Virus record (IMG/VR): IMGVR_UViG_3300048886_001052
Location: 1-25,527 of that record
DNA length: 25,527 bases
Direction: 5' to 3' (one strand)
Origin: a virus
Lineage: Duplodnaviria > Caudoviricetes
In this document: in pieces, positions 23,904-25,527 of the stretch
How the letters are laid out: each line of letters begins with the position of its first letter
Position numbering within the stretch: position 1 is the stretch's first letter
Position numbers and translations under genes: made by a program
The notes under the pieces: generated by a model
The model's input: the letters and a program-made list of their open reading frames with translations, nothing else
Database searches by the model: none
What the model was told of the DNA's origin: nothing

Positions 23904-24837
23904 AATGTTTTATGGTTTTTTTGAGGCCTTTTTTGAGTTCGGTTGTGGGTTTCCACTTTAATTCTTTTGATATTTTTTTATTATTAATGGCATACCTGAA
24001 ATCGTGACCTAGGCGGTCTTCTACGAAAGAAATGTATTCATTAGGGTCCTTTTTTAATATTTTACAAATCTCATGGATTATTTCCAAATTTGTTTTTTCG
24101 CAGTTAGCTCCTACCAGATAGGTTTCCCCCACTCTTCCTTTTGTTAAAATTTTCCATATAGCTTTACAATGGTCTTCTACATAAATCCAGTCTCGTATAT
24201 TGTCTCCTTTGCCGTAGACAGGTATGTTGTATTCGTTTAACAACGAGTCAATGACGGTAGGTATGAATTTTTCTTTGTGCTGGTTTGGCCCGTAGTTATT
24301 GCTGCAATTTGAAATCGTCATGGGCAAGCTGTGCGTATGAAAATAAGATCTTACTAAAAAATCTGAAGCAGCTTTTGACGCAGAGTATGGGTTCCTTGGG
24401 TCATATGGGGTATCCTCTGAAAATTTATCATCCCCCGCGCTTAGGTGGCCATATACCTCATCTGTTGATACGTGATGAAATCGCTTTGTTTTGAATTTTA
24501 AGGCAGCCTTAAGTAAGTTGTGTGTCCCGAGTACATTTGCTGATAAAAACGCGTCAGCGTCTAATATAGAATTATCTACGTGTGTTTCTGCAGCAAGATG
24601 GACTACGTGTGTTATGTCATGCTTATAAAAGGTGTCGTATACTTTTTGGTAGAACGATAAGTCATATGTTTCTTGAAGATATTTAGGATCACTGCAAAAA
24701 TTTCTTGTGTTGGTTAACGACCCCGCATAAGAAAGGCTATCGACATTAACAAGTTTATTAATTCGTTTTTTGTTTATAACGTGCTCTATAAAGTTAGAGC
24801 CGATAAACCCACATCCTCCTGTTACTAGTAAGTTCAT
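23896..24837 (-). CDS. rmlB: dTDP-glucose 4,6-dehydratase
   Basis: MNLLVTGGCGFIGSNF, HLAAETHVDNSI, HVSTDEVYG, PYSASKA (YxxxK), NCSNNYGP, RDWIYVEDHC, DRLGHDFRY. ATG 24837 preferred over the ORF-track start 24870. Confidence 0.95.
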   Translation of the reverse strand: MNLLVTGGCGFIGSNFIEHVINKKRINKLVNVDSLSYAGSLTNTRNFCSDPKYLQETYDLSFYQKVYDTFYKHDITHVVHLAAETHVDNSILDADAFLSANVLGTHNLLKAALKFKTKRFHHVSTDEVYGHLSAGDDKFSEDTPYDPRNPYSASKAASDFLVRSYFHTHSLPMTISNCSNNYGPNQHKEKFIPTVIDSLLNEYNIPVYGKGDNIRDWIYVEDHCKAIWKILTKGRVGETYLVGANCEKTNLEIIHEICKILKKDPNEYISFVEDRLGHDFRYAINNKKISKELKWKPTTELKKGLKKTIKHYA

Positions 24838-24839
24838 TT

Positions 24840-25508
24840 TTATTTCTCGCATTCTATGAGAGCGCAACAACCGTTGACTCCAGCTTCATATCCCGTATTA
24901 TACCACCCTTTGTCTGGAGCGTATAGTTTATATCTTCCTTTTATCACTGCTTGCATGTTTCTTATTGCGTCCGTACCCTTTTCGTATTCTCCTTGTTCAT
25001 TGTAATAGTCATGAGTAATAAAACAAAATTTATCGGCGGCAAGGTTATAGATTTTTTGGCAATCTTCTAAAGAGATGTTGGCGTCATTAAATATGAAATC
25101 AACACCATCAAGCATCTTTTTGTTATTTAAAAAATCACTACTCCAAGTATCTGGATTTATGTTAATTCTTTTCGCTTCTTCGCAGTCAACCCTAAGAAAC
25201 ATATCCGTCTTTGGTGCGTTGTTGTTCGCCCAGCTTACTTTGTCACAAGTGTGAATAACTGTTTCAACGTCTTTCGTGGCAAAAGACATAGCGTAAGCTG
25301 TGTTCCCGACCCAAGTTCCTATCTCTAAGATTTTTTTAGGTTTCCTTTCTAGGCATAGTAATTGTAGAAATTTACAATCAGCGGAACCTGTCGTATCGTT
25401 CCCTTGGCATGACTCACTACACTCTAAGTGAGTGGGCAACCAGCTATCAAATACTTCATTTAATTTTTCTTCGTGCTTGCTTAGCAGGTCTTCTATTAAG
25501 GTTTTCAT
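24840..25508 (-). CDS. Class I SAM-dependent methyltransferase (Methyltransf_24-like)
   Basis: 222 aa. KPKKILEIGTWVGNT (motif I), IHTCD, DFIFNDA, ITHDY. Confidence 0.8.
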   Translation of the reverse strand: MKTLIEDLLSKHEEKLNEVFDSWLPTHLECSESCQGNDTTGSADCKFLQLLCLERKPKKILEIGTWVGNTAYAMSFATKDVETVIHTCDKVSWANNNAPKTDMFLRVDCEEAKRININPDTWSSDFLNNKKMLDGVDFIFNDANISLEDCQKIYNLAADKFCFITHDYYNEQGEYEKGTDAIRNMQAVIKGRYKLYAPDKGWYNTGYEAGVNGCCALIECEK

Positions 25509-25527
25509 TTTAATACTTTTTAATTAG

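Noticed and set aside
161-24494. Numerous plus-strand ORFs in the track (e.g. 161..547, 1238..1678, 2627..2983, 11738..12127, 15085..15450)
   Set aside because: They are antisense shadows of well-supported minus-strand genes, with Ser/Phe/Leu-rich composition and no motifs. Only 20974..21165 is retained.
1-25527. Alternative genetic code (stop-codon reassignment)
   Set aside because: The standard code gives full-length, tightly packed genes with no fragmentation.
1-25527. Eukaryotic giant virus origin suggested by SET, tubulin, ERCC4 and C2H2; also any specific host assignment
   Set aside because: TerL-portal-protease-capsid order, SD sequences, a sigma-like factor and an intrinsic terminator indicate a prokaryotic tailed virus. 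The host cannot be determined from this window.

Overview
A 25.5-kb segment of a large tailed-phage (Caudoviricetes-like) genome, coded almost entirely on the minus strand. In transcription order (right to left) it carries: (1) a sugar/surface-modification block (SAM methyltransferase, RmlB, 2OG-Fe(II)-type oxygenase, WbqC-like protein, PhoH); (2) a regulatory/packaging block (Zn-ribbon protein, sigma-like factor with a Cys-rich insert, SET-domain lysine methyltransferase, 366-aa unknown, C2H2+ERCC4 nuclease, large terminase, portal); (3) about 9 kb of extra genes between portal and prohead protease (1544-aa modular Cys/Trp-rich protein with a papain-like protease domain and mucin-like linkers, a tubulin/FtsZ-family GTPase, a glycosyltransferase-like protein, a C39-like lipoprotein, three small proteins); (4) prohead protease/scaffold, decoration protein, major capsid protein, a UUCG terminator and two downstream genes. 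The main points of interest are the tubulin inside the head module, the phage SET methyltransferase together with Lys-rich tails on phage proteins, a ~100-aa domain present both as a free gene and as the N-terminus of the giant protein, and a recurrent GTGTA(A/T) motif just upstream of start codons. All family calls come from motifs read by eye; no database searches were run.
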